Source of the DNA: Escherichia coli
GTDB taxonomy: Bacteria > Pseudomonadota > Gammaproteobacteria > Enterobacterales > Enterobacteriaceae
NCBI RefSeq assembly: GCF_022846255.1
Contig: NZ_AP025682.1
DNA: 64,000 nucleotides
Direction: 5' to 3' (one strand)
The notes beneath the pieces are model-generated. The model ran no database searches. It had not been told where the DNA came from and saw only the letters and a list, made by a program, of their open reading frames with translations. The first letter of the stretch is position 1, and every line of letters begins with the position of its first letter. The position numbers and the translations under genes are program-made. This document shows, piece after piece, positions 10,731 through 23,830 of the stretch.

Positions 10731-11858
10731 TCAGGCGACGAGCTGTTCCATGATACGTTGATACATACGGGCAAGTAGCTGCAGGTCGGCAGCGTTCACA
10801 CATTCATTAATTTTATGAATTGTGGCATTGACCGGCCCGAGTTCCACCACCTGCGCCCCCATGCGGGCAATAAAGCGCCCGTCGGACGTTCCGCCTGTGG
10901 TCAGTAGCTGCGGTTTAATTTCATTATAGTGCTCAACCGCGTTAACGACCGCATCCACCAGTTTACCGCGCGCGGTCAAAAATGGCTGCCCGGAAAGCCA
11001 CCAATCCACCGTATAGCGCAGTTGATGTTTTTCAAGCAGGGCAAGCACCTGCGCTTTGATCATCTCATCCGTCAGTTCGGTGCTAAAGCGGAAGTTAAAC
11101 TGCACAAACAGTTCACCTGGAATAACGTTGTTACTGCCCGTTCCCGCCTGAATATTGGCAATCTGCATACTGGTCGCCGGGAAGAATTCATTACCCTGAT
11201 CCCACTCAATAGCCACTAATTCATTAATGAAAGGTGCTGCGCGATGTACCGGATTGTCAGCCAGATGTGGGTAGGCAACATGCCCCTGAACGCCATGAAT
11301 GGTAAGGTTGCAGGTTAACGATCCGCGACGACCATTTTTCACCACATCACCTACCACTTCGATACTCGACGGTTCGCCAACCAGACAGTAATCGAGACGC
11401 TCATTACGCGCCATTAACGCTTCGACGACTTTTACCGTACCATTGTGGGCACTAGCTTCTTCATCAGAGGTGATCAGAAATGCCAGTCGCCCCGTATGGT
11501 TGGGATGTTGTGCGACAAAGCGTTCTGCCGCTACTACCATCGCCGCCAGCGAGCCTTTCATATCTGCCGCACCGCGCCCGAATAACATGCCGTCACGAAT
11601 GGTTGGTTCAAACGGCGGATTGATCCAACGATCGGCGTCGCCAGGCGGCACCACGTCGGTATGCCCGGCAAAGGCCAATGTTTCACCTTGCCCACGCCAT
11701 GCCCAAAAATTCTGCGTATCGGCAAAGTCCATGCGTTCAACGGTAAAACCGATCGCCTGCAAACGTTCAATCAACAAAGCCTGGCATCCTGCGTCATCAG
11801 GACTCAGGGAAGGGCGGCGAATAAGCTGTTGTGTCAGCTCAATAACCGGGCACGACAT
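10731..11858 (-). CDS. dapE: succinyl-diaminopimelate desuccinylase DapE (375 aa)
   Basis: ORF track; M20 peptidase family; [27 protein letters not shown]-terminus. Confidence 0.95.
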
Positions 11859-11861
11859 AGA

Positions 11862-12236
<375 letters not shown>

Positions 12237-12598
12237 TTATGAGAATAAATACTCATTTAAAGGTGAAAACATTTTGCCTGCAAATGATTATCAGGAAATA
12301 TAACATTATCGAAGTATTCAAATTAACAACCATTAAATAACATTAAACATTTTTAACGTAAACATTAAGAATATTCATCTTGTTATCTGTCTGTATTTTA
12401 ACCAGAATTAAATCAGTATTAGATGCCGTATGAATATCTCGAAATGTTGCGGTGCATCACATACAAATCATCACCGCAGGACCATAGTATTTACATAAGG
12501 TTTGTCCCCCGGAGGTAGTCATCACAGCAATCGAGTAAATTAGCTTCACCACGGTATATTGTTTCCGTAGAATACCCATAATTATAAGAGAGGTTGTT

Positions 12599-12658
12599 AT
12601 GATTGAACGTGAACTGGGGAACTGGAAAGACTTTATCGAAGTTATGCTTCGTAAGTAA
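12599..12658 (+). CDS. ypfM: small protein YpfM (19 aa, MIERELGNWKDFIEVMLRK)
   Basis: Short ORF with GAGAGG Shine-Dalgarno about 7 nt upstream, in the AT-rich yffB-acrD intergenic region; below the ORF-track length cutoff. Confidence 0.6.
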   Translation: MIERELGNWKDFIEVMLRK

Positions 12659-12722
12659 TTCCTGAGACAAAGTACAAACAGCAAGAACCCGCTGAGCAGG
12701 TTCTTAATCGGAAAGTTGAAAA

Positions 12723-12752
12723 GGGCGACACATTGGCATGTCGCCTTTTTTA
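12723..12752. terminator. bidirectional intrinsic terminator (ypfM / acrD)
   Basis: ggcgacacattggcatgtcgcc hairpin flanked by T-run on plus strand and adjacent to acrD stop. Confidence 0.6.
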
Positions 12753-12756
12753 TTGC

Positions 12757-15700
12757 TTATTCCGGGCGCGGCTTCAGCGGGAAGCGGCGGCGCACCAGCA
12801 CAAAGAACAGCGGCACGAAGTAAATAGCCAGAATAGTGGCCGAAATCATCCCGCCCATTACGCCAGTACCCACCGCATGCTGACCACCGGAACCGGCACC
12901 TGTGCTGGTTGCCATTGGCAATACGCCGAAGATAAATGCCAGCGAGGTCATCAGAATCGGGCGTAAACGCTGACGGCAGGCGTGGAGCGTCGCTTCAAAC
13001 AGGTCGTGGCCTTTTTGGTTCATCTCGTTAGCAAACTCGACGATCAGGATAGCGTTTTTCGCCGATAAACCAATGACCGTTAACAGACCCACCTGGAAGT
13101 AAACATCGTTTTCCAGCCCGCGCATCCAGGTTGCCAGCAGCGCGCCGATAACCCCCAGCGGCACGACCAGCATTACCGAGAACGGCACCGACCAGCTTTC
13201 ATACAATGCCGCCAGACACAGGAATACCACCAGCAAGGAAATGGCGTACAGCGCCGGAGCCTGCGCGCCGGAAAGCCGCTCCTGATACGACATCGCCGTC
13301 CACTCCAGACCAAAGCCGTTTGGCAACTGCTTCACTAACGATTCCATAATATCCATCGCCGTACCGGTACTGACCCCCGGTGCGGCTTCCCCAACAATCT
13401 CAACCGCAGAATAACCATTATAGCGTTCCAGACGCGGCGAGCCTGTCTCCCAGCGTGAGGTCGCGAAAGCAGAGAAGGGCACCATGCCGCCATCTTTATT
13501 TCGGACATACCAGAGATTGATGTCATCTGGCAGCATGCGATACGGCGCAGCTGCCTGCACATAGACTTTCTTCACGCGACCGCGATCCATAAAGTCATTC
13601 ACATAGCTAGAACCCCAGGCGGTTTGCAGTGTGTCGTTAATATCGTCGATAGCAACGCCCAGCGCCTGAGCTTTACGCTGGTCGATATCAATCTGCAACT
13701 GCGGACTGTCGTCGAGGCCGTTATGGCGCACACGGGTTAGCTCCGGGTTTTCCGCTGCCAGCGCCAGCAACTGGTTTCGTGCTGCCATCAGCGCATCGTG
13801 ACCCGCTCCAGCGTGGTCCTGCAACTCCATATCAAAACCCGCAGAACTACCAAGACCGCTAATTGCTGGCGGGCTGCTGGCGATAACGCGAGCTTCTTTA
13901 ATCTTGTTAAACGCCTTCGTTGCACGCTCGATAATGGCAAACGAGGTGCCGGTCTTACTGTCGCGTTCGCTCCAGTCTTTCAGGCGGATAAACATTCGCG
14001 CCACGTTTTGCCCGTTACCCCCAGGGCCAGAACCCACGGTGGCAAACACCGACATGATGTTGTCTTTTTCATGGGTGAAGTAATATTTCTCGATTTGCTC
14101 AACGACTTTCAGGGTCTGTTGCTGGGTTGAACCGCTGGGCAACTGTACCGAGGTAGTAAACATGCCACGGTCTTCCAGCGGTAAGAACGACGTCGGCAAA
14201 CGCAGGAACAGGAACACCATGCCGCCAAGCAGCAGGACATAAATCACAATCCAGCGCAGGCTACGGTGGAGAATTTTCGCCACCCCTTTTTCGTAGCGTT
14301 CGGCGTTGCGGTTAAACATCTGGTTAAACCAGGCAAAAAAGCCTTTTTGCCCGTGATGCTCACCTTTTTTCAGTGGCTTAAGTAGCGTGGCACACAGAGC
14401 AGGAGTGAGGATCATCGCTACCAGTACTGACAGCACCATCGCCGCAACAATGGTAATAGAGAACTGGCGATAGATGGCACCGGTGGTGCCGCCGAAGAAG
14501 GCCATTGGCACAAATACCGCCGAAAGCACCATCGCAATCCCGACCAGTGCCCCCTGGATCTGCCCCATCGATTTACGTGTGGCTTCGCGAGGAGTGAGTC
14601 CTTCCTCACTCATAATACGTTCGACGTTTTCCACCACCACGATGGCATCATCCACCAGCAGACCGATCGCCAGCACCATCGCGAACATGGTTAAGGTGTT
14701 GACACTGTAACCGAAGGCGTAAAGCACGGAGAAGGTTCCCATCAACACCACTGGCACGGCGATAGTGGGTATCAGCGTGGCGCGGAAGTTTTGCAGGAAC
14801 AGATACATAACGAGGAAAACCAGGGCGATAGCTTCCAGAAGCGTTTTCACCACGTCTTCAATGGAGGCTTTAACAAACGAGGTGGTTTCATACGCCACCT
14901 TGTATTCCAGTCCGTGTGGAAAATACTGCGCCAGCTCGTCGAGACGATTGAGCACCAGCTCCGCTGTCGCCATTTCGTTCGCGCCGGAGGCCAGTTTAAC
15001 CCCCAGCCCGGAGGCTGGCTTACCATTGAAGCGGCTAAGATAATCGTATTTCTCCGCCCCCATTTCGACGGTGGCGACATCGCCCAGCCTTACCTCTGAG
15101 CCGTCCTGATTCACCCGCAAGGTGATATCGCGGAACTGTTCTGGTGTTTGCAGCAGTGACTGGGCGTTAATGGTGGCGTTGAGCGCCTGCTTATCGACGG
15201 AAGGCGTACCACCAAGTTGCCCAACCGCAATCTGCGCGTTCTGTGATTCAATGGCATCGGTGACATCTTTAGCCGTCATCTGGAAACTGTTGAGTTTCGC
15301 CGGGTCCAGCCAGATACGCATGGAATATTGCGAACCATAGGCATCGATATCCCCGACGCCATTCACGCGGCTTAACGGGTCCTGAATATTACTGGCAACA
15401 TAATCGGCAATATCCTGCTTATCCATCGAACCATCGGTAGAGACGAAGGCAATGGTCAGAATGTTGGTATCGCCGGTTTTACGCACCGTCACGCCCTGAT
15501 TTTGCACCGCCTGCGGTAACTTTCGCATGGCTGATTGCAGCTGGTTTTGTACTTGCTGCACGGCTTCGTCCGGATCGGTGCCTGCTTTAAAACTTAACGT
15601 GACAGATGCCTGACCGGTGCCGCTGCTCTGAGATGACATATACATCAGATTATCGAGGCCCGTCATATTTTGCTCGATAACCTGGGTCACGGTGTTTTCC

Positions 15701-15870
15701 AGCGTCTGGGCCGATGCGCCGGGATAGTTAGCGGTCACTCGCACATTCGGTGGCGCGAGATCGGGGTATTGTTCAACGGGCAATGAAAAAATCGCCAGGG
15801 TACCTGTCAGACACAACAGGATTGCCAGCACCCAGGCAAAAATGGGGCGATCAATAAAGAAATTCGCCAT
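12757..15870 (-). CDS. acrD: RND-family aminoglycoside efflux pump AcrD (1037 aa)
   Basis: ORF track; full-length 12-TM RND transporter beginning [18 protein letters not shown]. Confidence 0.97.
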   Translation of the reverse strand: MANFFIDRPIFAWVLAILLCLTGTLAIFSLPVEQYPDLAPPNVRVTANYPGASAQTLENTVTQVIEQNMTGLDNLMYMSSQSSGTGQASVTLSFKAGTDPDEAVQQVQNQLQSAMRKLPQAVQNQGVTVRKTGDTNILTIAFVSTDGSMDKQDIADYVASNIQDPLSRVNGVGDIDAYGSQYSMRIWLDPAKLNSFQMTAKDVTDAIESQNAQIAVGQLGGTPSVDKQALNATINAQSLLQTPEQFRDITLRVNQDGSEVRLGDVATVEMGAEKYDYLSRFNGKPASGLGVKLASGANEMATAELVLNRLDELAQYFPHGLEYKVAYETTSFVKASIEDVVKTLLEAIALVFLVMYLFLQNFRATLIPTIAVPVVLMGTFSVLYAFGYSVNTLTMFAMVLAIGLLVDDAIVVVENVERIMSEEGLTPREATRKSMGQIQGALVGIAMVLSAVFVPMAFFGGTTGAIYRQFSITIVAAMVLSVLVAMILTPALCATLLKPLKKGEHHGQKGFFAWFNQMFNRNAERYEKGVAKILHRSLRWIVIYVLLLGGMVFLFLRLPTSFLPLEDRGMFTTSVQLPSGSTQQQTLKVVEQIEKYYFTHEKDNIMSVFATVGSGPGGNGQNVARMFIRLKDWSERDSKTGTSFAIIERATKAFNKIKEARVIASSPPAISGLGSSAGFDMELQDHAGAGHDALMAARNQLLALAAENPELTRVRHNGLDDSPQLQIDIDQRKAQALGVAIDDINDTLQTAWGSSYVNDFMDRGRVKKVYVQAAAPYRMLPDDINLWYVRNKDGGMVPFSAFATSRWETGSPRLERYNGYSAVEIVGEAAPGVSTGTAMDIMESLVKQLPNGFGLEWTAMSYQERLSGAQAPALYAISLLVVFLCLAALYESWSVPFSVMLVVPLGVIGALLATWMRGLENDVYFQVGLLTVIGLSAKNAILIVEFANEMNQKGHDLFEATLHACRQRLRPILMTSLAFIFGVLPMATSTGAGSGGQHAVGTGVMGGMISATILAIYFVPLFFVLVRRRFPLKPRPE

Positions 15871-16033
15871 TAAAAGAGGACCTCGTGTTTCTGCGTATCG
15901 TTGTAGGCTTGGCTTGCTTCACTGTAGCGGCAAGGTACGAGCCAATCGTGGAGAAAAAAAGGAGTTAATGTAAATTATCATGCCCTTTTATACTGAACCT
16001 TAAGTGCCACTATTCTTTGGTCAATAAGAGGCA

Positions 16034-17749
16034 TTACATCAGCTGACTTTCCTCACCCTCCGCAGAGCGAAAGCTAATACTCACTAACGTGCCGCCGCCG
16101 GAAGGTTGTGAAAAAGTCAGCGTCCCACCCAATCTTTCCGCGCGTTCGCGCATGATATTCAGACCATAATGACCTTCGGGTTCTTTCGGTTCACCGATGC
16201 CAATCCCGTTATCACGGATATAAACCGTGTGATTGCCGTCCGGCGCAGTGACGCAGCTAACGGCGATTTCGCTGGCGTTGGCGTGCTTCATCGCATTCAG
16301 CACCGCTTCGCGAATAATTTGCAACAAATGCACCTGCATTTGCGCATCCAGCGCCAGGGTTGGCAGACGGCAGTCGAGGGTCAGTTTGGCGCTGGTTTGA
16401 TTTTGTAACGTATCCAGCATTTCACGTAGCGCAGAGGGGAGATCCGCCTGCTGTAGCGTCAGGCGGAAAGTAGTTAACAGCTCGCGTAACTGCCGATAAG
16501 CATCATTCAGCGCCTGGGAGAAATCGGCCATGATACTTTGTGCGGTGGCGTTATCTTCCGGTATCGAACGCTTCAGTAACGTCAACTGGATACGTAAGTA
16601 AGAAAGTACCTGAGCCAGCGAGTCGTGCAATTCGCGGGCGATGGTCGCACGTTCTTCCATCAACAATAACTGCTGAAAATGCTTCTGCGCCTGATTAAAG
16701 TACAAACCGCGTCCCAGCATCGACGAAACGCTGTTAAGCAGCGGTTCTGATGATGAAACGTGACTATTTTGCCAGTGCAGTTCGCCGTAAACCGTCTCTT
16801 GCATTGTCACCGGTAAAATCTGCATCGGCAATTCCGGGTTTGGCTGCCCTTCGCTAATCCGCCAGTTGTCACCGACATTTAACTCCAGATATTCAGCCGC
16901 TTCATTGTCGCGAACAATCTGCAAAATATGGCGGAAACAATGCACATCAATCTGGCTGGTGTTCAGCGCCTGCGAACACTGATACAACACCTCCAGACGA
17001 CGCTTGGCCTCGTGGAGATCGCGGGTCTTTTCTTCTACTGACGCCTCCAGCGAACGGTACAATTTATGCAGCTCGCTCGACATCTGGTTAAAGGTTTTTG
17101 CAAGCAGGCCAAGCTCATTCGGCAGGCTGGTATCCAGCGGCGGCGAGTCGAACTGTCCGTGTTCAATACGCTGACTGGCGGTAACCAGCTGATTCAGCGG
17201 GGCAACCACCTGATGGCGTATGCGGCGCAAAGTAAAAAAGACCAGCGTGAAAATACCGATGCCGCCAGCCAGGGAAATCGCCACCACCAGCAGCATTTTG
17301 CGTTCAGCGTAGTGCTGTAAAGCCAGTACGAACAGGTCTATCTGATTAACATAATTATTAATATTGGCCTGATACCACGGCAAGTCGCCCTTGCTGAGCC
17401 GATTATTCATCTCCAGCCAGTTGGCATTCAGATGCGCATAGCGGGTTTTTACTGCCTCTGGCACATACCAGACGTTGAGATTGGTTAATACCGGTGAATG
17501 CAGTGCCTGCTGAAATAACTGGCGATGTGCATTGAGTTGTGGACTGCCACTTTGCAAGTCGTAGCCCAGGCGGTAACTCTGCATACGCAGCGATCCGGCA
17601 ATATTGATAGCCTCAGCGTCGCGTAAACTGCTCGCCAGCGTTAGCAGAGCGATACCCGTGGAAAGAATCGACAGCAGCACAATGTAAAAAAAGGCCCGGG
17701 CCAGACTGGCCGAGACGGGTCGTTTAACAATCACACGCGTCTTCTCCAC
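16034..17749 (-). CDS. narQ: nitrate/nitrite sensor histidine kinase NarQ
   Basis: Two TM segments, H-box ELHDSLAQ, C-terminal HATPase; the recognised 566-aa protein begins MIVKRPV, probably at a GTG 5 codons inside the ORF-track ORF. Confidence 0.92.
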   Translation of the reverse strand: MEKTRVIVKRPVSASLARAFFYIVLLSILSTGIALLTLASSLRDAEAINIAGSLRMQSYRLGYDLQSGSPQLNAHRQLFQQALHSPVLTNLNVWYVPEAVKTRYAHLNANWLEMNNRLSKGDLPWYQANINNYVNQIDLFVLALQHYAERKMLLVVAISLAGGIGIFTLVFFTLRRIRHQVVAPLNQLVTASQRIEHGQFDSPPLDTSLPNELGLLAKTFNQMSSELHKLYRSLEASVEEKTRDLHEAKRRLEVLYQCSQALNTSQIDVHCFRHILQIVRDNEAAEYLELNVGDNWRISEGQPNPELPMQILPVTMQETVYGELHWQNSHVSSSEPLLNSVSSMLGRGLYFNQAQKHFQQLLLMEERATIARELHDSLAQVLSYLRIQLTLLKRSIPEDNATAQSIMADFSQALNDAYRQLRELLTTFRLTLQQADLPSALREMLDTLQNQTSAKLTLDCRLPTLALDAQMQVHLLQIIREAVLNAMKHANASEIAVSCVTAPDGNHTVYIRDNGIGIGEPKEPEGHYGLNIMRERAERLGGTLTFSQPSGGGTLVSISFRSAEGEESQLM

Positions 17750-17939
17750 AAAAAATCATTAATGTTCCAGTTCGCTGAAACGAAATTTAGTCAGTGATGG
17801 GATTATTTGATCTGCCACAGTTTATAGCGAAATAGTTACTTATTCTGGGCACATGAACATTGCCGATTCCCCTGTAAGTCGGGTAATAACAACACTCATA
17901 TAAAGAATAAGGTTTTTACAACCAAAAAAGAAGGTCGTT

Positions 17940-19919
17940 ATGAATCGTTTTATTATGGCCAACAGTCAGCAATGTCTGGGTTGTCATGCTTGTGAAATCG
18001 CCTGTGTCATGGCTCACAATGACGAGCAACATGTCCTGAGCCAACACCATTTTCATCCCCGAATTACGGTTATCAAACATCAGCAGCAACGTAGTGCAGT
18101 GACCTGTCACCATTGTGAAGATGCGCCCTGCGCCCGTAGCTGCCCTAATGGCGCAATCAGCCACGTTGATGACAGCATTCAGGTCAATCAGCAAAAGTGT
18201 ATTGGCTGTAAATCCTGCGTGGTGGCCTGTCCATTTGGTACGATGCAAATCGTTCTGACACCCGTTGCGGTAGGAAAAGTAAAAGCCACGGCGCATAAAT
18301 GCGACCTTTGTGCAGGGCGCGAAAACGGTCCTGCCTGTGTCGAAAATTGCCCGGCGGACGCGCTGCAACTGGTCACTGACGCCGCACTCTCCGGCATGGC
18401 GAAATCCCGCCGCTTGCGCACCGCACGTCAGGAACAACAACCGTGGCATGCCAGTACCGCGGCGCAAGAAATGCCGGTAATGAGTAAAGTCGAGCAAATG
18501 CAGGCAACGCCCGCGCGTGGCGAGCCAGATAAACTGGCGATTGAAGCGCGCAAAACCGGTTTTGATGAAATTTATCTGCCATTCCGTGCCGATCAGGCAC
18601 AACGGGAAGCCTCGCGCTGCCTTAAGTGCGGCGAGCACAGCGTTTGTGAATGGACCTGCCCGCTGCATAACCATATACCGCAGTGGATTGAACTGGTGAA
18701 AGCCGGAAACATCGACGCCGCCGTCGAGCTTTCTCACCAGACCAACACCCTGCCGGAAATTACCGGACGCGTTTGCCCGCAAGACCGTTTGTGTGAAGGT
18801 GCCTGTACTATTCGCGATGAGCACGGCGCAGTAACTATCGGTAACATTGAACGCTACATTTCAGATCAGGCGTTGGCGAAAGGTTGGCGTCCTGACTTAA
18901 GCCATGTCACCAAAGTGGACAAGCGGGTGGCGATTATCGGTGCGGGTCCGGCAGGGCTGGCCTGTGCAGATGTTCTGACCCGCAATGGCGTGGCGGTGAC
19001 GGTGTACGATCGCCATCCAGAAATCGGTGGCTTGCTCACTTTCGGCATTCCTTCTTTCAAACTGGATAAATCCCTGCTGGCACGCCGTCGGGAAATCTTC
19101 AGCGCGATGGGGATTCACTTCGAACTCAATTGTGAAGTGGGTAAAGATGTTTCTTTGAATTCGCTTTTGGAACAATACGACGCGGTCTTCGTTGGCGTAG
19201 GCACTTACCGTTCCATGAAAGCGGGTTTACCCAATGAAGATGCGCCGGGCGTTTATGACGCGCTGCCGTTCCTCATCGCCAACACTAAACAGGTGATGGG
19301 ACTCGAAGAGCTACCGGAAGAGCCGTTTATCAATACCGCCGGACTTAACGTCGTGGTACTGGGCGGCGGCGACACCGCGATGGACTGTGTGCGTACCGCG
19401 CTGCGCCACGGCGCGAGTAATGTCACCTGCGCTTATCGTCGTGATGAAGCTAACATGCCAGGCTCGAAGAAAGAGGTGAAGAACGCCCGTGAAGAGGGGG
19501 CTAACTTCGAATTTAACGTCCAGCCGGTGGCGCTTGAGCTGAATGAACAAGGTCACGTCTGCGGGATTCGTTTCCTGCGCACGCGTCTTGGCGAGCCGGA
19601 TGCCCAGGGGCGTCGGCGTCCAGTGCCGGTGGAAGGCAGTGAATTTGTCATGCCAGCCGATGCGGTGATTATGGCGTTTGGCTTCAATCCGCACGGGATG
19701 CCGTGGCTGGAGTCGCACGGTGTAACGGTAGACAAATGGGGCCGCATCATCGCGGATGTGGAAAGCCAGTACCGTTACCAGACCACGAATCCGAAAATCT
19801 TCGCCGGTGGTGACGCCGTGCGTGGTGCGGATCTGGTGGTTACCGCAATGGCAGAAGGACGTCATGCGGCACAGGGGATCATTGACTGGCTGGGCGTAAA
19901 ATCAGTCAAATCTCACTGA
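17940..19919 (+). CDS. aegA: AegA, Fe-S cluster and FAD/NAD(P)-binding oxidoreductase (659 aa)
   Basis: N-terminal 4Fe-4S ferredoxin cysteine clusters (CxxCxxCxxxCP) followed by dinucleotide-binding motifs GAGPAG and GGGDTA. Confidence 0.9.
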   Translation: MNRFIMANSQQCLGCHACEIACVMAHNDEQHVLSQHHFHPRITVIKHQQQRSAVTCHHCEDAPCARSCPNGAISHVDDSIQVNQQKCIGCKSCVVACPFGTMQIVLTPVAVGKVKATAHKCDLCAGRENGPACVENCPADALQLVTDAALSGMAKSRRLRTARQEQQPWHASTAAQEMPVMSKVEQMQATPARGEPDKLAIEARKTGFDEIYLPFRADQAQREASRCLKCGEHSVCEWTCPLHNHIPQWIELVKAGNIDAAVELSHQTNTLPEITGRVCPQDRLCEGACTIRDEHGAVTIGNIERYISDQALAKGWRPDLSHVTKVDKRVAIIGAGPAGLACADVLTRNGVAVTVYDRHPEIGGLLTFGIPSFKLDKSLLARRREIFSAMGIHFELNCEVGKDVSLNSLLEQYDAVFVGVGTYRSMKAGLPNEDAPGVYDALPFLIANTKQVMGLEELPEEPFINTAGLNVVVLGGGDTAMDCVRTALRHGASNVTCAYRRDEANMPGSKKEVKNAREEGANFEFNVQPVALELNEQGHVCGIRFLRTRLGEPDAQGRRRPVPVEGSEFVMPADAVIMAFGFNPHGMPWLESHGVTVDKWGRIIADVESQYRYQTTNPKIFAGGDAVRGADLVVTAMAEGRHAAQGIIDWLGVKSVKSH

Positions 19920-19986
19920 TAGCCTGCGCAGACAAACCCGACTTCACAGCGTAAGATAATTGTTCATTTCGCGCTGTGGAGTCGGT

Positions 19987-20562
19987 ATGACGCAACAAAT
20001 CACCCTCGTTAAAGACAAAATTCTCTCCGATAACTATTTCACCCTGCACAACATTACTTACGATCTCACGCGCAAAGATGGCGAAGTTATCCGCCATAAA
20101 CGTGAAGTTTACGATCGCGGTAATGGTGCGACGATCCTCCTGTACAACGCGAAGAAAAAGACCGTGGTTCTGATTCGCCAGTTCCGCGTCGCTACCTGGG
20201 TTAATGGCAATGAAAGCGGGCAACTGATTGAAACCTGCGCCGGGCTGCTGGATAACGACGAACCGGAAGTGTGCATTCGCAAGGAAGCGATTGAAGAGAC
20301 GGGCTATGAAGTTGGCGAAGTCCGCAAATTATTTGAACTGTATATGTCGCCAGGCGGTGTGACTGAGCTAATCCACTTTTTTATCGCCGAATACAGTGAC
20401 AGCCAGCGCGCTAACGCCGGTGGTGGTGTCGAAGATGAAGATATTGAAGTGCTTGAGCTGCCGTTCAGCCAGGCGCTGGAGATGATTAAAACCGGCGAGA
20501 TACGTGACGGTAAGACGGTGTTATTGCTTAACTATTTGCAAATGTCACATTTAATGGACTGA
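19987..20562 (+). CDS. nudK: GDP-mannose pyrophosphatase NudK (Nudix hydrolase, 191 aa)
   Basis: Nudix box [22 protein letters not shown]; start at [11 protein letters not shown] within ORF-track ORF. Confidence 0.9.
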   Translation: MTQQITLVKDKILSDNYFTLHNITYDLTRKDGEVIRHKREVYDRGNGATILLYNAKKKTVVLIRQFRVATWVNGNESGQLIETCAGLLDNDEPEVCIRKEAIEETGYEVGEVRKLFELYMSPGGVTELIHFFIAEYSDSQRANAGGGVEDEDIEVLELPFSQALEMIKTGEIRDGKTVLLLNYLQMSHLMD

Positions 20563-20687
20563 AAAATAACAATAATATTTCGTTGTTTATTATTGGCTCA
20601 ATCCGACAAATCCGATTGAGCCGCGCTACCTGCGCAACGAAGATACGACTTGTGCTGTTTGTTTGAACTTCTGGGGTCGTACCGTCC

Positions 20688-21731
20688 ATGCGATATCGCA
20701 TTTTCCTTCTCTTTTTTTTCGTTTTGTTGCCGATGTCTTTGGTGTGGGCGGCACCAGCGCAACGGGCGTTTTCCGACTGGCAGGTCACCTGTAATAATCA
20801 AAATTTCTGTGTAGCGCGCAATACGGGCGATCATAATGGACTGGTGATGACCCTGAGCCGCAGCGCCGGGGCGCATACCGATGCCGTTTTACGTATTGAG
20901 CGCGGCGGGTTGAAGTCGCCGGATGCGTCAGAAGGGGAGATAGCGCCACGGCTGCTGTTAGATGGTGAGCCGTTGGCGTTAAGTGGTGACAAGTGGCGGA
21001 TTTCACCATGGTTATTAGTAACCGATGATACGGCAACCATCACCGCGTTTTTGCAGATGATTCAGGAAGGGAGGGCGATCACCTTACGCGACGGCAATCA
21101 GACTATTTCTCTGAGTGGCTTAAAAGCGGCGTTGTTGTTTATTGATGCCCAGCAAAAGCGCGTTGGCAGTGAGACCGCGTGGATAAAGAAAGGGGACGAA
21201 CCGCCGCTCAGCGTACCGCCAGCGCCTGCGCTGAAAGAGGTCGCGGTGGTTAACCCAACGCCGACGCCACTCTCACGCGAAGAACGTAACGATTTGCTGG
21301 ATTATGGAAACTGGCGGATGAATGGTCTGCGCTGTTCGCTTGATCCGTTACGTCGTGAGGTGAATGTCACTGCGCTGACCGATGATAAAGCGCTGATGAT
21401 GATTAGCTGTGAGGCAGGGGCCTATAACACCATTGATTTGGCATGGATTGTGTCGCGTAAAAAGCCGCTGGCCTCGCGCCCGGTACGGTTGCGTTTGCCG
21501 TTCAACAACGGTCAGGAGACCAATGAACTGGAACTGATGAACGCAACATTCGATGAAAAATCGCGTGAACTGGTGACCTTAGCAAAAGGGCGCGGATTAA
21601 GCGATTGTGGCATTCAGGCGCGCTGGCGCTTTGACGGTCAGCGTTTTCGCCTGGTGCGTTACGCCGCAGAACCCACCTGCGATAACTGGCATGGGCCAGA
21701 CGCCTGGCCCACGTTGTGGATCACCCGTTAA
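20688..21731 (+). CDS. ypfG: DUF1176 periplasmic protein YpfG (347 aa)
   Basis: ORF track; N-terminal signal peptide; position between nudK and tktB. Confidence 0.8.
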   Translation: MRYRIFLLFFFVLLPMSLVWAAPAQRAFSDWQVTCNNQNFCVARNTGDHNGLVMTLSRSAGAHTDAVLRIERGGLKSPDASEGEIAPRLLLDGEPLALSGDKWRISPWLLVTDDTATITAFLQMIQEGRAITLRDGNQTISLSGLKAALLFIDAQQKRVGSETAWIKKGDEPPLSVPPAPALKEVAVVNPTPTPLSREERNDLLDYGNWRMNGLRCSLDPLRREVNVTALTDDKALMMISCEAGAYNTIDLAWIVSRKKPLASRPVRLRLPFNNGQETNELELMNATFDEKSRELVTLAKGRGLSDCGIQARWRFDGQRFRLVRYAAEPTCDNWHGPDAWPTLWITR

Positions 21732-21744
21732 ACAAAATGGCGGG

Positions 21745-21800
21745 GACATGTAGACCGGATAAGACGCACCAGCGTCACATCCGACAATCAGCATCCGGCG
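21745..21800. repeat. REP-like element between ypfG and tktB
   Basis: tgtagaccggataagacgcaccagcgtcacatccgacaatcagcatccggcg. Confidence 0.65.
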
Positions 21801-21807
21801 ATCACCA

Positions 21808-23811
21808 TCAGGCACCTTTCACTCCCAGTACCTTATGCGCTTTTGCCACAATATTCTCGGCGGTAAAGCCAAAGAACGGGAACAGCTTATCCGCCGGAGC
21901 AGATTCCCCATAACCTGTCATCCCGACAATTGTCCCTTTCAGACCAACATATTTGTACCAGTAATCGGCAATACCCGCTTCTACTGCCACGCGGGCAGAA
22001 ACATTTGAAGGCAGTACCGACTCGCGATATTCCTCATCCTGGGCATCGAAAATATCGGTCGAGGGCAGGGAAACCACGCGAACATTGCGACCTTCTCCCG
22101 CTAATTTCTCTGCCGCTTGCAGGGTGATTTCCATCTCTGAACCGGTGGCAATCAGAATAATATCTGGCTTACCGCCGCTGTCTTTCAGCACATAACCGCC
22201 ACGAGCAATCTCTTTAACCTGATCCGGTGTTCGTTCTACCTGTGCCAGATTCTGCCTTGAGAGGATCAGTGCTGTCGGTCCGTTGTGGCGCTCAACCGCC
22301 AGCTTCCAGCCAACCGCCGCTTCCACCTGATCGCACGGTCGCCAGGTGCTGAAATTTGGCGTTAAGCGCAGACTAGCCAGTTGCTCAACAGCCTGGTGCG
22401 TCGGACCATCTTCGCCCAGACCAATTGAGTCGTGGGTATAAACCATAATCTGCCGCGCTTTCATCAGTGCCGCCATCCGCGCGGCGTTACGGGCGTATTC
22501 AACAAACATCAGGAACGTCGCGGTATACGGCACAAAGCCGCCGTGGTGCGCGATGCCGTTGGCGATAGCGGTCATACCAAATTCACGCACCCCGTAGTGA
22601 ATGTAGTTGCCCGCCGGATCTTCCTTCAGCGAAACAGAACCTTTCCAGATGGTCAGGTTGCTGGGAGCCAGATCCGCCGAACCGCCGAGCAACTCAGGCA
22701 GCATCGGCCCGTAAGCGTTAAGCGTATTTTGCGAAGCCTTACGGGTAGCGATTTTCGCCGGATTCGCCTGCAACTCATTGATATATTTCTGAGTCGTTTT
22801 CTCCCAGTCCTTCGGCAAACCGCCGCTCATTCGACGGGTAAACTCTTCTGCCAGTTGCGGATGAGCCTTTTTATAGGCGGCAAACTTCTCATTCCAGCTC
22901 TGCTGCGCTTTTTCGCCTTTTTCACGGGCATCCCAGGCGTGATAAATCTCTTTAGGGATCTCAAATGGCGGATGGTGCCAGCCCAGTTTTTGCCGTGCCA
23001 GAGCTACTTCTTCTTCCCCCAGCGGTGCGCCGTGCGCCTCTTCCTTACCTGCTTTATTCGGCGAACCAAAGCCAATCACCGTACGGCAGATAATCAGCGA
23101 CGGCTTATCTTTCACGCTTTGCGCTTCAAGGATCGCTTCCTTCACCGCCTGCGGATCGTGGCCGTCGATCTCGTGGACCACATGCCAGTGATAGGCTTCA
23201 AAACGTTTTGCCGTATCGTCGGTAAACCAGCCTTCGGTTTCACCGTCGATGGAAATACCGTTGTGATCGTAAAAACCAATCAGCTTGCCCAGCCCCAGCG
23301 TGCCCGCCAGCGAACAGACTTCGTGAGAGATACCTTCCATCAGGCAGCCGTCGCCCATAAACACATAGGTGAAGTGATCGACAATTTCATGATCCGGCTG
23401 ATTAAACTGCGCCGCCAGCGTACGCTCTGCTATCGCCAGCCCGACGGCGTTCGCCAAACCTTGTCCAAGAGGACCGGTGGTGGTTTCAACACCTGGCGTA
23501 TAGCCGATTTCCGGGTGACCAGGGGTTTTCGAATGCAACTGACGGAAGTTCTTCAGTTCTTCCAGTGGCAGGTCGTAACCGGTCAGATGCAGCAAACTGT
23601 AGAGCAGCATCGACGCGTGACCGTTGGAAAGAATAAAGCGGTCACGGTCATACCAGGTTGGGTCGGTGGGGTTATGTTTAAGAAAATCGTTCCACAGCAC
23701 TTCGGCAATATCAGCCATGCCCATCGGCGCGCCGGGATGACCAGAATTGGCTTTTTGTACCGCATCCATACTGAGTGCGCGAATCGCATTGGCAAGGTCT
23801 TTTCGGGACAT
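21808..23811 (-). CDS. tktB: transketolase 2 TktB (667 aa)
   Basis: N-terminus [34 protein letters not shown]-track ORF extends 21 codons further upstream to 23874 and would overlap talA. Confidence 0.93.
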   Translation of the reverse strand: MSRKDLANAIRALSMDAVQKANSGHPGAPMGMADIAEVLWNDFLKHNPTDPTWYDRDRFILSNGHASMLLYSLLHLTGYDLPLEELKNFRQLHSKTPGHPEIGYTPGVETTTGPLGQGLANAVGLAIAERTLAAQFNQPDHEIVDHFTYVFMGDGCLMEGISHEVCSLAGTLGLGKLIGFYDHNGISIDGETEGWFTDDTAKRFEAYHWHVVHEIDGHDPQAVKEAILEAQSVKDKPSLIICRTVIGFGSPNKAGKEEAHGAPLGEEEVALARQKLGWHHPPFEIPKEIYHAWDAREKGEKAQQSWNEKFAAYKKAHPQLAEEFTRRMSGGLPKDWEKTTQKYINELQANPAKIATRKASQNTLNAYGPMLPELLGGSADLAPSNLTIWKGSVSLKEDPAGNYIHYGVREFGMTAIANGIAHHGGFVPYTATFLMFVEYARNAARMAALMKARQIMVYTHDSIGLGEDGPTHQAVEQLASLRLTPNFSTWRPCDQVEAAVGWKLAVERHNGPTALILSRQNLAQVERTPDQVKEIARGGYVLKDSGGKPDIILIATGSEMEITLQAAEKLAGEGRNVRVVSLPSTDIFDAQDEEYRESVLPSNVSARVAVEAGIADYWYKYVGLKGTIVGMTGYGESAPADKLFPFFGFTAENIVAKAHKVLGVKGA

Positions 23812-23830
23812 ATAACACTCCGTGGCTGGT

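Noticed and set aside
17916-18824. 302-aa minus-strand ORF
   Set aside because: Antisense to the N-terminal ferredoxin-like part of aegA; no RBS or recognisable fold.
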